Shown here: in pieces, positions 1 to 12,590 of the stretch | Position numbering within the stretch: the stretch's first letter is position 1 | Layout: each line of letters starts with the position of its first letter | Origin: Octopus sinensis | Taxonomy: Eukaryota | Assembly (NCBI RefSeq): GCF_006345805.1 | Contig: NC_043010.1 | Coordinates: 53,568,001-53,632,000 of the forward strand | Length of the DNA: 64,000 nucleotides | Direction of reading: 5' to 3' | Made by a program: the position numbers and the translations under genes | The notes under the pieces: model-generated | What the model was told of the DNA's origin: nothing | What the model saw: only the letters and a program-made list of their open reading frames with translations | The model's database searches: none

Positions 1-329
1 ATATGTGTGTATGTGTGTGTAACTGCCTGTATGTATACCTGTGAAATTCTTTAACTGTATTTCTTTTCATAGTTTGTAACATTTTTAAAAGGTTTCCATT
101 AGATAAAAATTGTGAAAAGACGGTACTAATGTGAAATCACAAATACAGTTTAAAGACAAAAGTCTCTGAATACTGAATGAATAAAAAAAGTCTTTATTGT
201 TGTAGTCAAAAGTTTCCATTCAAAATCAATTGGTTTTGTTATTCTTTGGTTTCCGAATATTTCTTTTGCTACATTCCATTTCTTATCTCTCATCAGTTTT
301 ATGATAAATAATGGCTTGTGATTTTGGTA

Positions 330-517
330 CAAAGCCAGCCGTTTTGTTGGGTGTTTCTTAGTCGATATCATCGATCCCAATATAATATTTTATCGACCAC
401 AAAGGGATGAAAGGCTTACAGCTGATCTCGTGGGGTTGGAACTGAGAATGTAAAGATCCGGAAGAAATACCACAACATTTTTTCAGATGAACCAACGATG
501 TTGTCAACTCTCTGCTT
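330..517 (-). mobile_element. Degenerate SINE family A copy
   Basis: Reverse-complement similarity to 1946-2362 (gggatgaaaggc, gaactgagaatgt, aaatacc). Confidence 0.6.
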
Positions 518-559
518 CCCGAAATGAGAACGCTATTTTTGTTGTATTTTTATTATTTA

Positions 560-862
560 TGCGCCCTTTTCCAGCCTAGCCAGGCTCATGGACCCGGTTT
601 CCCAGTTTCTATGGCGTATGTGTTACCCCCAGCTGGACGGGACGCCAGCCCATCGCAGAGTTACTCAAGAAACAGGAAGAAAGTGTGAGAGAAAGTTGGG
701 GCGAATGAGTACAACGGGGGTCGCCACCAACGCCTGCCGGAGCCTCGCGGAGCTTTAGGTGTTTTCGCTCAATAAACACACATAACGCCCGGTCTGGGAA
801 TCGAAACCGCTATCCTCCAACCGCAAGTCCGCTGCCCTAAAGCCTGGGCCATTGCGCCTCCA
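560..862 (-). mobile_element. tRNA-derived SINE family C, full length
   Basis: Minus strand starts tggaggcgcaatggcccag, with A/B boxes (ggtttcgattccc). Body and tail match 1355-1670 and 56125-56428. Confidence 0.85.
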
Positions 863-1214
863 CAGACTTTTGTTGTAGTTGATTTTAATTTCAAAATCCA
901 TTTCTTATTACTTATCAATTTTCTCTTAAATAATGCTTTCTGATTTTTGAACAAGATCAGCAAACTTACATTGTGCTTGTTAGTATGTATCCTTCGCCCC
1001 AACACTAAATTAGAAATAATTTATTTACCTTAAAATGCTTGCAGTGCACAGTTTGTCTGGGTGTGATTCGAACCGCAAATGAAAAGATCTTGAAGAAATA
1101 TAACCATGATTTGTCCTATACCCTAACGTGTCTCTTAGGTCAACTTTCCCTTTTGTATTGTTTCCTGATCTCGGTACGAAACCAGAAATTTGGATGGTTG
1201 GATATACTGATGAC

Positions 1215-1703
1215 TCCATTACAAGTCAGGAACTTTCTTTCTACTGATCTTAGAGGGATAAAAATAACGTTCACCTGGGTGAAATTAGAACTCAGAATAT
1301 AAAGGAGCGAAAGAAATAACACAAACCTCTATTTCGATGCTCTAATGATTCTGGTGGATGCGCAATGGCCCCGTGGTTAGGGCAGCGGTCTCGCGGTCGG
1401 AGATTCGCGGTTTCAATTCCCAGATCTGACGTTGTGTGTGTTTATTGAGCGAAAACACCTAAAATATCCACGAGGCAGCGGCAGGGAGTAGTGGCGACCA
1501 CTGTTGTACACTTTCGCCACAACTTTTTCTCACTCTCTTTTCCTGTTCCTTGAGTAACGCTGCAATGGACTGGCGTCCCGTCCAGCTGGGAGAGGGACAC
1601 ATACGCCACAGAAACCGGGAAACCGGGTCCATGAGCCTGGTTAGACTTAAAAGGGGCGATGTTTATCGTATCGCTTTAATGATTCTGGCAACTCATCGAC
1701 TTT
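1215..1703 (-). mobile_element. Old SINE A copy interrupted by a SINE C insertion
   Basis: gaactcagaat...gctctaatgattctgg continues after the insert as caactcatcgactt, a decayed gccagctcgccgcctt. Confidence 0.55.
1355..1670 (+). mobile_element. tRNA-derived SINE family C with target-site duplication
   Basis: A box tggccccgtgg and B box gtttcaattcc. Internal gcaatggactggcgtcccgtccag resembles the V-SINE domain. TSD gctctaatgattctgg (1339-1354) / gctttaatgattctgg (1673-1688). Confidence 0.85.
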
Positions 1704-1945
1704 GTTGTATGTTTCTAAACATGGCAAGAGACCAACAATGATGCGGTATGTATGTCAGTCAAATCCATTGACGCAAATACATGTCGGGCACCAACCCTGG
1801 ATGGATGAAAGGCAATGTTAAATTTCGCAGAATACGAACTCTGACTCTAAAAATCCGGAAGTAATACTGCTAAATATTTTTACAATATTTTAATGATTTT
1901 GCTTCCTCACCGTCAACCGTTTATGTTATATAATACAGGGTCTCT

Positions 1946-2362
1946 AAGGCGGTGAGCTGGCAGAAACGTTAGGACGTCGGGCGAAATGCGTAGCCGTATT
2001 TCGTCTGCCGTGACGTTCTGAGTTCAAATTCCGTCGTGGTCGACTTTGCTTTTCATCCTTTCGGGGTCGATAAATTAAGTACCAGTTACGCACTGGGGTC
2101 GATATAATCGACATAATCCGTTTGTCTGTCCTTGTTTGTCCCCTCTGTGTTTGGCCCCTTGTGGGTAGTAAAGAAATAGGTATTTCGTCTACCGCTACGT
2201 TCTGAATTCAAATTCCGCCGAGGTCGACTTTACCTTTCATCCTTTCGGGGTAGATAAATTAAGTACCAGTTTCGCACTGGGGTCGATGTAATCGACTTAA
2301 TCCGTTTGTCTGCCATTGTTTGTCCCCTCTATGTTTAGCCCCTTGTGGACAATAAAGAAATA
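1946..2362 (+). mobile_element. Dimeric tRNA-derived SINE family A (Meta-domain-like body)
   Basis: Head ggcggtgagctggcagaaacgttag...gagttcaaattcc. Body (ctttcatcctttcggggtcgataaattaagtacc-type) present twice. 15-bp TSD ataatacagggtctc (1930-1944, 2364-2378). Confidence 0.9.
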
Positions 2363-2369
2363 CATAATA

Positions 2370-2579
2370 CAGGGTCTCCAAGAAGTCGCGCACCATTCTG
2401 ATTTTCATTTAAAATAATTAAAGCATTTTTTGAATTATATTTTTTCTGCATGTTTTATTGTAGAGGGTGCTCAATTTGAGCATTTGTTACGATTAATTTC
2501 AATAAAGTGTTTTTGAAATAAATAATGATGTATTCATTTAAAAAAAAAAAGGATGGTGCGCAACTTCTGGGACACCCTG
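2370..2579. mobile_element. Tc1/mariner-type MITE (~210 bp)
   Basis: TA|cagggtctccaagaagtcgcgcaccattc ... ggatggtgcgcaacttctgggacaccctg|TA: ~29-bp imperfect TIRs flanked by TA. Confidence 0.8.
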
Positions 2580-2889
2580 TATAATATACGAATACCTGTT
2601 CCAGATCTGAACGACTGCTTTGTCGATACTAATGGACGAGTATTCACTTTGATTGTTCAAGGATTCTGTAAACTAAATCGATTGTAACTTGGGTATTTTA
2701 CAAACAAGATCTGACAATTATCTGTGAGCGGGTATAACATGTCAACGTAAATCGTGTTTTCCCCAATTGTTTTAGATACCTATGTATTCCCGAGTTCAAT
2801 CAGAAATCATCGCGTCTCCCATTCTCTCTTCCTCTCACCTTCTTACCCAGTGGCACATTAAGTATGTGACTGCAGGAAAGAGAGTGAGT

Positions 2890-2923
<34 letters not shown>

Positions 2924-2939
2924 GAAAGAAAGAGAGATT

Positions 2940-2970
<31 letters not shown>

Positions 2971-3014
2971 TATGCTCAGACAATTGGCTGAGTAATTTTC
3001 AGTTGAGTACATCA

Positions 3015-3420
3015 ACAACCATCTACGCCTGTGAAATCTGGATGAAGACAACGAAAGTCTCTCAGTTGTTGGATGTGTTCCATCGACGACGTATACCTTA
3101 AATCCTGGGCATCCCTTAGCGGGACAGGGTGAGAAACAAAGTTGTGATGAGAAGTTCTGGCATGGAAAGTTTGCGGGACACGGTGACCAAGGGGCAGATT
3201 CAGTCTACTGGCCATGTGCTTCGATTACAGCACGAGATGGAGTAGACGTGGCGAAGTGGACGCCTGAAGTGAGGGAACAAACCAGAAGAAAGCCAAGAAA
3301 GATGTGGCGCAATATGTTACGGAACAATATGATAGGGATGGGGGTTGTCCAAAGGAGCCAGTCAAAGGGCGCGCAATCGAGATCTATGGAAAAAGCTACT
3401 CACCTGTTGTGTCCACAAGT
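3015..3420 (+). mobile_element. Decayed RTE-clade LINE 3' fragment
   Basis: Frame from 3021 reads IYACEIW..LDVFHRRRIP*ILGIP*RDRVRNKVVMR...GHVLR, with KPRKMW in another frame. This is the RTE ORF2 C-terminal pattern, with stops. Confidence 0.75.
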
Positions 3421-3849
3421 TGAGCTAAGTAACTGGAAGAAGGGAAAATGATGATCCTTATTCAAGTGCAATAAGCTGCCCATTTTAGGTATTGAATGCA
3501 CCATGCTATAATTCGAAGCCTAACACACTGGTCATTACATTTATTATAATCGTTAGAGAGCTTAATGTGACAATGCTTAGCTCTTGGGTCAGAGATATTG
3601 TCCATACGATGGTATTCTGTATTGTTTTATCAACATGCTTTCACTTATAAAACTTCAACCGATGTGACGCTGCGTCAGACGATGCTGACACAAAGTGCTG
3701 CGTAAAAAGTATCCGACGTTGAACTTCTTGCTTGCGACTATTTTAATCCTATGGACAAGCGCTCTTCTATAATCGACATAATCTTGTGTGACCATCCACC
3801 GGAGAGGCACTATAAATCATTGCACTGATTTTGTTTTTTGTCTGCATAT

Positions 3850-4071
3850 AGGTGCAGGTATGGTTGTTTGATAAAAAGGTGGCTTGCCCACCACGTTGTT
3901 CGGGCTTTTAGTTCCATTGCGTGGCACTTTCAGCAAATGTTTTCCACTATAGCCTCGGGCTATCCGAAGTCTTGTGAGTGGATTTGATAGACGGAAACTG
4001 AATGATGATATATAAGCATGTATATATATATATATATATTTATATTATATATATATATATGTACTTGTGTA

Positions 4072-4102
<31 letters not shown>

Positions 4103-4318
4103 TGTGTATTTGTCTCTGAATTTGTACCCCACCACCGCTTCAGAACCGGTATTTGTGATTATGTAAATTAGCCTTCGGGAAAAGGTACCGATAGAATAAA
4201 TAGAAAGCTTTAAAAAAATGTCCCGGGGTCGATTCATTCGGCAAGGAATTTTTTCAAAGCAATGCTCTAGCATGGCCGCAGACTCATGACTGAAACAAGT
4301 AAAAGCTAAAAGCTAAAA
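3850..4318 (+). mobile_element. Degenerate SINE family B (CORE-like) with internal (TA)n(TG)n
   Basis: Matches 26756-27172; ends catggccgcagactcatgactgaaacaagtaaaag. Confidence 0.75.
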
Positions 4319-4945
4319 AAACTATAAATGAGACTTAGTGGTCATCTCCCCATGTTTTCTAGCTAAATGTCCCACAAGAGAAAGCCTGCGGTGACAGCTC
4401 CATGGCTAATGGCAGCCAAATTATATGTATGAAAATTGAATTTTTTTAATAACATATACCAAAAATGAGAGAACTCTAGAGACTTCAAGATCTATTTAAA
4501 AGGTGCCGAAGTGATGAAAGTTCTGTAAACACGAAACATGTTTTCATAATCCTGAGGGATATTTGATGGGAAAAATAACTGTTAAATATTAAAGAGCGAG
4601 AAAAGTGTTCACCGGAAATGGAAAGCTACGAAGTTGCAGACAACTTGATAAGGTTTCTAAATATTGAAACCGTTAAAATAATAGAGAAAAGAATAATAAC
4701 AAGTGAAAATAAATTGAATATAGTGTCTGAAATAGACAACGGCAAATAACTCTTAAAATAAAAAGTAGAAACCTACAAAAAAAAATGAATGAAACGCAAA
4801 AACATTCAAATAATAAATAAAATATACTAACAATAGATACCAAACTAACTCCTCAGTTAATAGAACAACTATATGTATATGTGTGTGTATGTGTGCGTGC
4901 GTGTGTTTGTGTGTATGCATATATATATATATATATATGTGTGTG

Positions 4946-5002
<57 letters not shown>

Positions 5003-5100
5003 TATATATATATGTCTCTTTATATGTGTATTTATATGCATGTATATATACATATATTATTCAAAGGAATTCCAACACTGTTTTTTATGTTTTATTTATA

Positions 5101-5512
5101 TGTGCGCTACTTGGTGATCTCATATCAAGATAAACAGCGCATGACCTTGCAGGTGGAGCCCAGTTAGAATTTTCTTCTGGTCGAGTCGCCCATCGTGCTC
5201 AAAAGGTCCCTGAATGAGGGTTGTTTCAGGATGTTGAACGAACCACTCTTGTTTCCAAAGGTGAATTATCAAAACCCCAAAGAATTCCTCCACTATTTCT
5301 GCTTGTGATCAGAGATGCACATATTGTCAGCCATTAAGGGACATGCTCGACTGGTTAAGTTCAAACAACTGACAAGCTGATCTGTGGTATTGAAAAGAAT
5401 ATTTGCTGTAGCCCATCTTTTATACCAAGACAAAACAATGAATATTGTTAACACTTCCAATCAGTTAAGATCAGAAGCCACAAGAGCCATTGCCTGGTAC
5501 TGCATCAGAGCA

Positions 5513-5561
<49 letters not shown>

Positions 5562-6107
5562 GAGTGAGCGAGCAGAGCATGCCATGAAAGTGACACTGGG
5601 GTAAAATATACGAAGCCCAGTATACCCATCATGACTACCCGTCTGATAAGGGTACACCAGGCACATGCATCACAACCATATGTGCGCGACATGGTGATCT
5701 CATATCAAGATAAACAGCACATGACCTTGCAGGTGGAGCCCAGTTAGAATTTTCTTCAGATCGAGTAACCCATCCCGCTCAAAAGGTCCCTGAATAAGGG
5801 TTGTTTATGGACGTTGAACGAAACACCCATGTTTCCAGAGGTGAATTATTCAAACCCCAAAGAATCCTTCTCAACTATGATGCTCCCCCACTACTTCTGC
5901 TCGTAATCAGAGATGCACATATCGTCAGCCACTAAGGGACATGCTCAACTGGTAAGGTCAAACAACTGACAAGCAAATCTGTGGTATTGAGCAAAATATT
6001 TGCTGTCGCCCATCTTTTATACCAAGACAAAACAATGTACATGATAACACTTCCAATCAGTTAAGATCAGAAGCCATGAAAGCCACTGCCTGGTACTGCA
6101 TCAGGGC

Positions 6108-6108
<1 letters not shown>
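5101..6108 (-). mobile_element. Two head-to-tail copies of a ~550-bp non-coding repeat (family D) embedded in (TAA)n
   Basis: 5101-5512 aligns with ~5680-6108. (ATT)n lies at 5513-5560 and 6108-6218. Fragments recur near 14612-14670 and 33493-33518. Confidence 0.7.
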
Positions 6109-6193
<85 letters not shown>

Positions 6194-6418
6194 ATTATTA
6201 TTATTATTATTATTATTAAGCGAGTGAGCTAGCAGAATCGTTAACAAGACGGACATGATGGTTTGTAGTGTTTCGTCTCACTTTGCGCTCTCAGTTCAAA
6301 TGCCACCAAGGTCAACATTCGCCTCTCAAATTTGGTATACATGTGCAAAAATTAAAAAAACAAACAACAGTAACAGCATAACTAAATAATTATATGCATA
6401 TATATATACATACAGACA

Positions 6419-6481
<63 letters not shown>

Positions 6482-6834
6482 TGATATAAATAACGAAATT
6501 TATATGTATATATATATGAAAATTTTCCAAAATATTTATTTCTAAAAATAACATCATCCAAACATAACAACAATATTGGAAATCTCAGGGTTTTGTCTGA
6601 AAAAGGAGAAAATAATTTAAAAAAGCGAAAATAGAATTTTAAAACTAAGCAGACGGTTTCCTAGAGGAGCCGTTGTCAGGATCTGTTGTTGAAAATTGAT
6701 TAAAAGGGATTTAAACACTGAAATAAAAACTAATTGTCTGAATCATCAAAGATGAACAGACATGTTTCGCCAAGTTTCTGTATTAAATTTATCAGAAGCG
6801 TTTCATACCAGTCATAATGACGCGTACTCACGTT

Positions 6835-6932
<98 letters not shown>

Positions 6933-7227
6933 GTATATAGCAATTAAGGACAACTACTTAATAAGGAAAACTTAACAAGAAATTGTCAGGTAGATAGCGT
7001 GAAAACCTCATAAGAGAAAAAATTTCGAAAATAATTATTTCTTATTGAACATATTAATTTATATATAGAGGGCATTATACATACATGCCAGAAGGCATTA
7101 TACATACATGCCAGAAGGCATTATACATACATGCCACACGCTAAGAGGGACAATTAGTCATTTCTACCAAAAATATTACTAATCCCACCGAATGCAATTT
7201 TTCAAAGTAAGACATTTAAAAAAATAT

Positions 7228-7275
7228 AGACCTGTATCACAGTGATTTCATACTTACGTATTCATCAGCAGGCCT
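7228..7275 (-). ncRNA. Minimal type I hammerhead ribozyme (canonical core)
   Basis: Reverse complement: aggcctg-CTGATGA-atac gtaa gtat-GAAA-tca ctg tga-TA-caggtct. Stems I, II and III all pair. Confidence 0.85.
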
Positions 7276-7683
7276 GAATGTATTATAAATAAATAAACAA
7301 CGACCCTGCCCCGCTTAAGCCGATCAGCTAACTGATCAACATCAACGAAGCACATGGGTGAGTTTACATATATTACATCCGGATAAATGGCAAACTTTTA
7401 CGAATTGCATTTCGGGAGAGGAAAAGTTTTTTCGGAATAAAAATTTAGCAATTAAGGACAACTACTTAATAAGGAAAACTTAACAAGAAATTGTCAGGTA
7501 GATAGCGGGAAAACCTCATAAGAGAAAAAATTTCGAAAATAATTATTTGTTATTGAACATATTAATTTATATATAGAGGGCATTATACATACATGCCAGA
7601 AGGCATTATACATACATGCCACACGCTAAGAGGGACAATTCGGCTTAAGCGGGGCAGGGTCGTTGTTTATTTATAATACATTC

Positions 7684-7731
7684 AGGCCTGCTGATGAATA
7701 CGTAAGTATGAAATCACTGTGATACAGGTCT
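7684..7731 (+). ncRNA. Minimal type I hammerhead ribozyme (inverted copy)
   Basis: aggcctg CTGATGA atacgtaagtat GAAA tcactgtga TA caggtct; predicted cleavage after A7724. Confidence 0.85.
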
Positions 7732-7894
7732 ATATTTTTTTAAATGTCTTACTTTGAAAAATTGCATTCGGTGGGATTAGTAATATTTTTGGTAGAAATG
7801 ACTAATTGTCCCTCTTAGCGTGTGGCATGTATGTATAATGCCTTCTGGCATGTATGTATAATGCCCTCTATATATAAATGTATATGTATATATA

Positions 7895-7943
<49 letters not shown>

Positions 7944-8789
7944 ATATATATGTATATATATACATATTTATCCATGTGTGCATATATGTATATATATATA
8001 TATTCATATATATATGTATATATATATATATATATATGTGTGGGTATATATATATATATATATATATATACCGACAAAAGTATTTGTGAGTGTGCGAAAC
8101 ATAGAGATATAGACGGCGAGATTTAGATGACTACCATTCGCTTGTACGACCAATCTGTATATTTTTCTCAATATCTTTATACATAGATACATCGAGGTTA
8201 AATATTGGCGTCCGGAGCGTAGGTCTTAGATGAAAAAATTGACGACTATGAATAGAACGTCTTGTTTCAAATGAGAAAATATAAATAGAACACTATACGC
8301 ATTGTAAGCTGCAGGTACGATAGTCTCGGTAATACGCATGCTTTCAAAGCAATGTAGGCTTGTGTTCATGCCACTGTGCGGCACCTTGGACTTCTAATCT
8401 TGCATCGCACCATCTAAAGTCAAGTGAGTAGATATCGAATACGAAACTGAAAGGTGCTGGTCGCATATACATACATACATAGATTAATTCATTCGCACAT
8501 GCATATATACATTCATACATACATATATGTACGTGCGCATGCGTATATTTGCACGTATTAGTTTTTATATTTGTCTTCCACAACCCTTTCACAATCGATG
8601 TCAGTGTTTGTTTGTTTATGTCCCCATAACTTAACGGTTAGGCGAAGAATATCAATTGAATAAGTATCAGGCGTTAAAAGTGTCTACGACGGTCAATTTG
8701 GTCGACTAAAGAAAGAAGGAGAAACTGCATGAAAAAGGTAAAAGAAGCTGATATAGAAATATATAACACCCAATACGTAGACTTATTTC

Positions 8790-8989
8790 TAATTTCTTTA
8801 TTTCCCACAGGGGGCTAAACATAGAGGGGACAAACAAGGACATACAAAGTGTTTAAGTCGATTGCATCGACCCCAGTGCTTAACTTGTACTTAATTTATC
8901 GATCCCGAAATGATGAAATGCAAAGTCGACCTCGACGGAATTTGAGCTCAGAACGTAAAGAGAGACGAAATACCTATTTCTTTACTACC

Positions 8990-8994
<5 letters not shown>
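8790..8994 (-). mobile_element. SINE A, 5'-truncated dimer
   Basis: Full second monomer plus the dimer junction gacgaaatacctatttctttactacccacaag. Confidence 0.8.
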
Positions 8995-9043
<49 letters not shown>

Positions 9044-9317
9044 GGGAGAGAAAGAGAGAGAAAGAGAGAGAAAGAGGAGAGACAGTGCGTGGCAATGTAA
9101 GAAAGAAAGAAAGTGAGAAAGATAAACAGAGAAATAAGGAGTGGTGGTGTTGAGAGAACTCATGACGTGTCTATTCTATGTTAAATTTTATCCGTAAGAT
9201 GATAAAAGGACTGAAAACTTGTGAACAACTAAGGTTACAGGTAGTAACCCGCTACCCACATGAACTCTACTACGAGTAAGACAGGATCTGAGCCAAGCCA
9301 AAATAATGATAACAATA

Positions 9318-9349
<32 letters not shown>

Positions 9350-9691
9350 AAAGATCATACACTGGGAAATGTATAATAAGTATGGTATGAACATTTACCT
9401 GAAAAAGGGACTGAGAATGATAAGGTTAAACACCTTTGGGATTTTCCTGTACAAATGCATCATGTCCTACAGTATAACTGACCAGATGTCTTGGCGTTTA
9501 AGAATAGTGATATAGAAAAACGAAAGTTCTGAGGTCAATTTTTTCCGACTAAAACCCTTCCTAGTAGTGCTCCAACACTGTCGCAATCAAATGACTGATA
9601 CAGTTAAGAAATATATACGTACTCATACATACATTCAGCTAGTTTTATACCACCGTCTTCAGGTTGCTCACACACATGGTATCGTTTCATA

Positions 9692-10075
9692 GTGGAGGCG
9701 CAATGGCCCAGTGGTTAGAGCAGCGGACTCGCGGTCATAGGATCGCGGTTTCGATTCCCAGACCGGGCGTTGTGAGTGTTTATTGAGCGAAAACACCTAA
9801 AGCTCCACGAGGCTCCGGCAGGGGATGGTGGTGAACCCTGCTGTACTCTTTCAACACAACTTTCTCTCACCCTTACTTCCTGTTTCTGTTGTACCTGTAT
9901 TTCAAAGGGCCGGCCTTGTCACTCTCTGTGTCACGCTGAATATCACCGAGAACTACGTTATGGGTACACGTGTCTATGGAGTGCTCAGCCACTTACACGA
10001 TAATTTCACGAGCAGGCTGTTCCGTTGATTCGGATCAACCGGAACCCTTGTCGTCGTAACCGACGGAGTGCTTCC
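9692..10075 (+). mobile_element. SINE with family C head/body and an alternative 3' tail
   Basis: Same head as 1355-1545, then a different tail. 11-bp TSD atcgtttcata (9681-9691, 10076-10086). Confidence 0.85.
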
Positions 10076-10337
10076 ATCGTTTCATAATATCCGCGTGTTC
10101 TTCAATAAATAACAGGGTAAAAAAAACTATACTTGCACAATCAAATGAATAAAGAATGCATACAAGTACAGTCTACAAGAAATACAATAAAAAAACTAAA
10201 TATAAAGACATTAGTTAAATTATACAAGACAAACGCAATCGGAAGTCCTAGAAATTACATGCACACACATTCATAAATGCATATGTATATTTAAGTATCT
10301 ATATACGCACACATGTACTCGCGCGTGGGCGTGTATT

Positions 10338-10370
<33 letters not shown>

Positions 10371-10402
10371 ATGTATGTAGGTATGTAGGTAAGTATATGT
10401 AT

Positions 10403-10610
10403 AAGGCGGTGAGCAGGCAGAAACGTTAGCACGCCGGGCGAATTGCACAGGCCGTATTTCATCTGCCGCTACGTTCTGAGTTCAAATTCCGCCCAGGTCG
10501 ATAAATTAAGTACCAGTTACGCACTGGGGTCGATGTAATCGACTTAATACCTATGTCTGTCCTTGTTTGTCCCCTCTATGCTTATCCCCTTGTGGGCAAT
10601 AAAGAAATAG
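10403..10610 (+). mobile_element. SINE A monomer with internal microhomology deletion
   Basis: Segment between two ggtcga motifs is missing. TSD-like taggta(a/t)gtatatgtata on both sides. Confidence 0.85.
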
Positions 10611-10932
10611 GTATGTATATGTATAGGTACATGTACATGAAATATATTGTGACGAAATCTGATAATATTGTGTTAGAACCAATAGAGAAGGTGTTTTGTG
10701 AAAACTGTTCACTGCGCAGTGGTAAAACCTCTGTTGCCTTAGTTTCATAGTCATAGTATGTCAAATCTGAATTCTGCCATAATATTGTTCTCCTTCTATT
10801 ATGCTTCTATCATTAATTAATGTTTCTATAATTAATTAATGCTTCTATCATTAATTGTTTTTTTTTTTAATTTTATATTTCCTCTCCAGACAGGCTGAAC
10901 GATTTTTTTTTGTCTTTTATCTAAAACAATAT

Positions 10933-10980
<48 letters not shown>

Positions 10981-11125
10981 GTACTACTACTACTACTAAT
11001 AATAATAATAATACTACTACCACTACTGCTGCTGCTACTGCTGCCGCTGCTGCTGCTGCTACTGCCGCTGCTGCTGCTGCTACTGCCGCTGCTGCCGCTG
11101 CTACTGCCGCTGCTGCCCTGCTACG
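10933..11125. repeat. Compound trinucleotide microsatellite (CTA)n(TAA)n(CTG/CCG)n
   Basis: Direct reading. Confidence 0.95.
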
Positions 11126-12014
11126 GCTGATATTGCTCCTACCGCTGCTGCTGTGCTATTGTTGCCGGCCGTGCTGTCGTGGTGAAGGTGGTGCTGCGAG
11201 CTGCATGAACATCGGCGCAGGTGAGTTTCTTTATCTCTTAATCTACCGAGAGAATGAACTGTGGGCGCTGGTGGATTTGAACATAGGATGTAGAGAAAAG
11301 ATTCAGTCACCAGCATCAAACTTTCGAATGCCTTAATCTCTGAGTCACGTGCCTTCATGGTGGCATTGAAAGAAAACATGAACACTGAACACTCTCATTC
11401 CAGATTCGAAATTACCTCAACTAAACTAATGTTGACTCCTATGGTGCTGAACCATAAAAGAAATTATGAGAGAGTGTTGCTAATTCTCATTTTATTATAA
11501 CAAATTTAATATGCAATCTAACATACATTGAGTGCAATATTTGACAGTTGTAGAGAGACAGAGAGTTCGGCGTATTTTCGAAGCATTGAAGCATAACATA
11601 AACGCTCTCAATCCATACTTCAAATTTTATCATAATTACGCTAGATTGAATTCAAATTTATGCCTCCAATTTCCTTCGGTTGTCCTGAAGTACGTCAGCA
11701 CAGTCAATACAGCAATATTCCCAATATTCCTTCAAAGTCATTCCTTTGTGAATTAAAAATGACAGCTGTGTTTAAAATCACAGCTACCCACCGGGTAATT
11801 AGACTGAAGAGGGGGACGACGTGGATCCACGTCAACACATCGCTAATATTCTCAGTTGATAGAGTAGTCGCTGTTATTAGGTTTGTATAAGATCTACACA
11901 AAAACACACTGCACATCCGTTGATTCTTTCGAATCTTCATCATTGTTGCTATTATCATGATTGTCCAGAGGCAATCTAGTACCTTGTTTTGCAAAATGTT
12001 TCGTAGCAAAATGC

Positions 12015-12590
12015 TTCGAGCTGCCAGAATCGTTCGGCAAAATGCTTTGCAATATTTCTTCTATATTTACGTTCTGAGTTCATATTCCACCGGGGTCAAT
12101 CTTGCCTTCTGTAGTCGATAGATTAAGTATCAGTCATGTACACTGGTTGTTGTAATTGACTAGCTCCCTCCTCGAAAAGGCCACGCCTTCTGCCTTTAGA
12201 AAAGAGGTTATTATGATAACCGTCAAGGCAGAAAGCAAATAGAACCGTTAGCGCATCGGGTAATATAGTTTAGCGGCGTATCTTCCGACTCATTATATTC
12301 TGAGTTAAAACTCTGCCGAGGACCGTTCATAGTCGGACAATAAGTACCAAGTGAGCTCTGATTGGGAAGCAGTCGACTACCGCTCTCCTCCCAAAATTTG
12401 AAAGTATAAGTATTATCACTGTTTTCGCGACGTAAAAGATCTCGTGCAATATTTATGCTTTGATATGGAGTCCGGCCAAGATCAATTTTGACGTTCCTTT
12501 CCTCTGGGTCGATGAAATTAAGTACCACTCATGTATTGGGGTTATTGACTAAATGTCTTCCTCAAGGCTGCTGGCTTTGTGCATACTAAA
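12015..12590 (+). mobile_element. Cluster of three degenerate SINE A-related copies
   Basis: Repeated ttctgagtt...gtcgat...aagtacca motifs at ~12015-12200, 12223-12400 and 12470-12590. Confidence 0.55.

Larger units (their letters stand above)
6938..7879. mobile_element. Non-coding Penelope-like/retrozyme-like element: partial tandem (period ~508 bp) plus inversion, in (TA)n
   Basis: 6938-~7156 is repeated at 7446-7640. 7640-7879 is the reverse complement of ~7057-7323. Contains hammerhead motifs. Confidence 0.7.

Noticed and set aside
7071-7137. 22-bp palindromic repeats resembling a CRISPR array
   Set aside because: Directly tandem with no spacers, in a eukaryotic repeat.
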